A DNA stretch of 30,801 nucleotides. Origin: Candidatus Heimdallarchaeota archaeon (GTDB taxonomy: Archaea > Asgardarchaeota > Heimdallarchaeia > Hodarchaeales > Hodarchaeaceae). How positions within the stretch are numbered: the stretch's first letter is position 1; every line of letters begins with the position of its first letter. Shown here in pieces: positions 28,011 to 30,801 of the stretch. Under the pieces are notes generated by a model. It saw only the letters and a list, made by a program, of their open reading frames with translations, did not search any database and was not told the origin of the DNA. The DNA lies in NCBI GenBank assembly GCA_019057635.1, contig DXJL01000100.1, positions 1 through 30,801 of the forward strand, given 5' to 3'. The translations under genes and the position numbers were made by a program.

Positions 28011-28173
28011 GATTTAGTCAAGTCAATTAAGAATAAATGTGCCTTTCGATCTCTTTGATTTTCCAGAAAAAATTAATTAAAAAAATTCCGAAAAGTATCT
28101 AAAGAAGAAGGCACCAGTACAATTAAGATTCAGAAGTAGTACTTGTGCCAATTAAAGAAAAAGGGACATTCTT

Positions 28174-29205
28174 ATGCGAGTAATTATAAGCGGAATCAGC
28201 GGTTCAGGAAGATCTGATGCCATAAGGGAAATGGAAAAGTATGTCAAAAAACATCATCCTAAGAAGAAAATAATTATGATGAACACTAATCGGATGATGT
28301 GGGATACTGCAAAAGAGTTAAGAATGGATGTAAAGCGAGAAAAAATGTTAGATCTCTCACCTCCAACTTTACAGGCACTTAGATCAACAGTTTTTGAGCG
28401 GATACTGAGAGAAGTTGAAGAACATGAAAAAAATCAAAAAGATGTTGCTATCATAATAAATACTCATGCTACATTCCGCTGGCGTGAACATCTCATGTCT
28501 GGGTGGGATTTCTTTTATTTAACCAAACTAAAACCAGATATATTTATTACCGTTATCAATGTGATTAATGATATTTATGATACTCTCGAAGCTAATCCTC
28601 TTTGGGGTGGGATGAATAATCGATTACAGTTAGGTATTTGGCAGGAAGAGGAAGCCTTTATAACTAAACTTATGGCTGAATCTTTGAAAAAGCCCTTCTA
28701 CATTGTTGCACGACGTCAACCTCCTATAACCTTATACCGCCTGATATTTGAACATGATGTGAGTGAAAAGGTATATTTATCATATCCAATGACTCATATT
28801 AAGGATGAGTCCAAAAAAAAAGAGATTGAGGGGTTGGGAAACAAACTCAGAGATTTAGGGTTTGTTGTATTCGATCCTGGAACAATGGAATTAGAGAAAG
28901 TTCATGTAGATATTCCAGAGGATATAAGAGTTTTTGATTTTTATCAAACTGTCTACAGAGATTTTCAATTAATAGATCAAGGAACAGTAGTTGTCATCTT
29001 TTATCCTGAGATCGTACATTCGTCAGGAGTTGTGAATGAGCAAGCGTACGGATTTAGAAATAATAAATATGTTTTTGCTGTGTTTCCTGCGGAGAATTAT
29101 AGCCCATTTACATCATTTTTTGCTGATAAAACTTTTATCTCTGTTGCTGATCTCATTAAGTTCTTAAAGGAGGAGTTTATTCCCTCTCGTAAACAGAGAG
29201 CTTGA
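28174..29205 (+). CDS. Archaeal adenylate-kinase-like P-loop domain fused to a nucleoside 2-deoxyribosyltransferase-like domain
   Basis: N-terminal GISGSGRS, INTHATFRW, LKPD.FI; C-terminal VYLSYPMT, VFDP, RDF.LIDQ, S.GV.NE..Y. Confidence 0.7.
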   Translation: MRVIISGISGSGRSDAIREMEKYVKKHHPKKKIIMMNTNRMMWDTAKELRMDVKREKMLDLSPPTLQALRSTVFERILREVEEHEKNQKDVAIIINTHATFRWREHLMSGWDFFYLTKLKPDIFITVINVINDIYDTLEANPLWGGMNNRLQLGIWQEEEAFITKLMAESLKKPFYIVARRQPPITLYRLIFEHDVSEKVYLSYPMTHIKDESKKKEIEGLGNKLRDLGFVVFDPGTMELEKVHVDIPEDIRVFDFYQTVYRDFQLIDQGTVVVIFYPEIVHSSGVVNEQAYGFRNNKYVFAVFPAENYSPFTSFFADKTFISVADLIKFLKEEFIPSRKQRA

Positions 29206-29892
29206 ATGAATTATGAAGCACGGTTTTAAAGAGTATTCATATTTTTTTTCTCTCCTCCTGACTAAAAGTATACCACTCATCAAGAAAAGGAGTGGAGATA
29301 CAATCCAAGAAGTATTTTTCTGGGAGGAGGTAGATTCCAGTACATTAGCGGTTGAAGAACTATCCATAGAAACGGTAATCGAAGTGGTTGTAGGAGATGA
29401 ATTGTTTGAAGGTATGGGTGGTCTCCAAGGATCTGGTATTCCAGATAAATTTACCATTATTGAACTTAAATCGGTTGAATTGAACTGTGTAAGCATCCCA
29501 GAATCTACTAAAGAAGTAAACCATAAATTTGCAGTATTAACTGCAGCAAGGTCAACTCTTCCACTTAGCTCTTCACCCATGGCATTCCACATTAATTCCT
29601 CCCAGTCAGATCCTCTTATCCCTTCAGGAGCTATTTCTTTATCGACTGCTAAGATTTCGGAAACAAGTGCTAGACTTGATTCTATTGAAAAAATGGTTTG
29701 ATTAAATGCGGATGAGCTAATTGTGGCTGTATCATGAGAGAATGTTACTTCCCGCGAGTACTCCGTAAGTAAAGAAGATTCAATGGCTCCATGTATTCCA
29801 TATTGTCCTGTAAGTTGGCCGATATAATTTGCTGTTCCATGAAATGGCATTGTTGCATCTACTACATAATGAGACAGAAAATTTAACTGCAA
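29164..29892 (-). pseudogene. 3' half of a Zn-dependent phospholipase C / S1-P1 nuclease-like surface protein with S/T linker and C-terminal TM anchor
   Basis: Begins directly at SHYVVDATMPFHGTANY.GQLTGQYGIH...E. No signal peptide or N-terminal Zn ligands. Ends in an S/T-rich linker, WIVSPLLFLMSGILLV and RRREKK. Confidence 0.7.
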
Positions 29893-30139
29893 AACTCAAA
29901 ATGGCAAGAACTAGGAGAACCCAGAAAATATCTGGGAAACCCAGATTAAACACTCCTCTTGGGCTGTAATTTTCATTCATTATATCAACAGTATTAGTGC
30001 CAATTGTTGCAGCTACTAGTGCAACTGATAAGATGACACCAGCAATAACTGCAAATGTGGCAATAATGACTTCCAAGCTTCCCCTGAGTTGATCTTTAAT
30101 TGCTGCTCTAGTAATCATTGTGTCTTCCTTCTTGTACAA
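29780..30139 (-). CDS. Membrane protein, probably 3'-truncated at ~29885
   Basis: Two TM segments, then an out-of-frame tail read through the PLC-like sequence. The likely start is MITRAA (~30118), after AGGAAG. Confidence 0.5.
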   Translation of the reverse strand: MYKKEDTMITRAAIKDQLRGSLEVIIATFAVIAGVILSVALVAATIGTNTVDIMNENYSPRGVFNLGFPDIFWVLLVLAILSFAVKFSVSLCSRCNNAISWNSKLYRPTYRTIWNTWSH

Positions 30140-30196
30140 ATACTGTCTATACGCAATATTAAATATTTCCCTAAATCCTTGTTAATGTTAGAGTGG

Positions 30197-30532
30197 TTAG
30201 TCTTCAGTTGCGATAATTATCAAAAAACCTACAGTTATCAACGTAACAAGAGGTAGAAGAAGTATGAATATTTCTGGCACGTTTAGTGATTCAAACTCGG
30301 TGTTGAAGAGCAATAAAAACAAAGGATAAATTATTAGTTTACCTATTGCGATAAGAAGAGTACCAAGGGAGTATCCAGATATTTCAGCAATTATTAGCCA
30401 TGAGAAAATTACTATGAAAGATCCTTTATGCTCTTTTATTAAACTAGGACCTTTCTTTATGAAATTACTTAGCTTCTTCGCAAAAAGAATTGACTTTCTT
30501 TGCTTTATTTCCAACGTGGCTTGTGGAGACAA
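30197..30532 (-). CDS. Small hypothetical membrane protein
   Basis: 111 aa, basic N-terminus, 2-3 hydrophobic segments; 3 bp after the upstream stop. Confidence 0.6.
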   Translation of the reverse strand: MSPQATLEIKQRKSILFAKKLSNFIKKGPSLIKEHKGSFIVIFSWLIIAEISGYSLGTLLIAIGKLIIYPLFLLLFNTEFESLNVPEIFILLLPLVTLITVGFLIIIATED

Positions 30533-30535
30533 TTA

Positions 30536-30801
30536 TTATCCACCTCCAAACGCTGTTCCAGTTTTTTCACCCAATAATCGCTGTGTTATAGCCATTCCGA
30601 TTGCTGCGACTAGCAATTGAACCAACCCCATTGTTCCTGCAGGTATTGTCCCTGCTCCTCCACGATTAATTTGGTCATAGATTCCCTTTGTTAATGGATC
30701 TGAAAGCCTAGAATACATGAAAATCGGTTTAAAAGGTTGATTAATCGGTGTAATCATGATAGATGTAGAAACTTCCGTAAAACTCGTAATTAACGTTAAG
30801 A
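30536..30801 (-). CDS. C-terminus of an ABC transporter permease (FbpB/ThiP-like); runs off the window end
   Basis: The frame is open to the window edge: LTLITSFTEVSTSIMI...PLT.GIY...AGTMGLVQLLV, resembling the last helices of binding-protein-dependent permeases. Confidence 0.6.
   Translation of the reverse strand, partial: LTLITSFTEVSTSIMITPINQPFKPIFMYSRLSDPLTKGIYDQINRGGAGTIPAGTMGLVQLLVAAIGMAITQRLLGEKTGTAFGGG

Noticed and set aside
29213-29701. 162-aa plus-strand ORF
   Set aside because: Antisense shadow of the PLC-like fragment, with no recognisable motifs.
1408-30620. Other short ORFs in the track (e.g. 1408-1635, 3649-3969, 10162-10446, 10789-11028, 11448-11768, 19912-20217, 25510-25767, 27412-27771)
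   Set aside because: They are antisense or alternate-frame overlaps of well-supported genes, or low-complexity AT-rich intergenic ORFs without SD or motifs.

Overview
AT-rich archaeal chromosomal window. It is most likely from an Asgard archaeon (Heimdallarchaeia-like), inferred from gene content: a TPR-like protein, a surface protein with an S/T linker and C-terminal TM anchor, and archaeal radA, rpl15e, rnp3, rqc2 and glmU. Most of it is housekeeping. The standout is a ~11 kb minus-strand gene string (25156->13919). It holds a type IV pilus-like locus (five pilin-like genes, a VirB11/FlaI-type ATPase, two TadC/FlaJ-type membrane proteins and an unexplained coiled-coil protein). This runs, with a 7-bp gap, into a full-length but apparently catalytically dead paralogue of the PolD large subunit DP2, in which NCDGDED has become SCNGATD. 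radA is transcribed divergently from the head of the string. Other observations are a candidate eL15 ribosomal leader RNA, a candidate -1 frameshift in the TPR-like gene, a truncated serA paralogue relic, a deletion-type junction leaving half a Zn-dependent PLC/S1-P1 gene, and an NMP-kinase/NDT-like fusion with a K->R P-loop. I saw no rRNA, tRNA, CRISPR array or intact mobile element. All family calls come from motif recognition by eye, not database searches.
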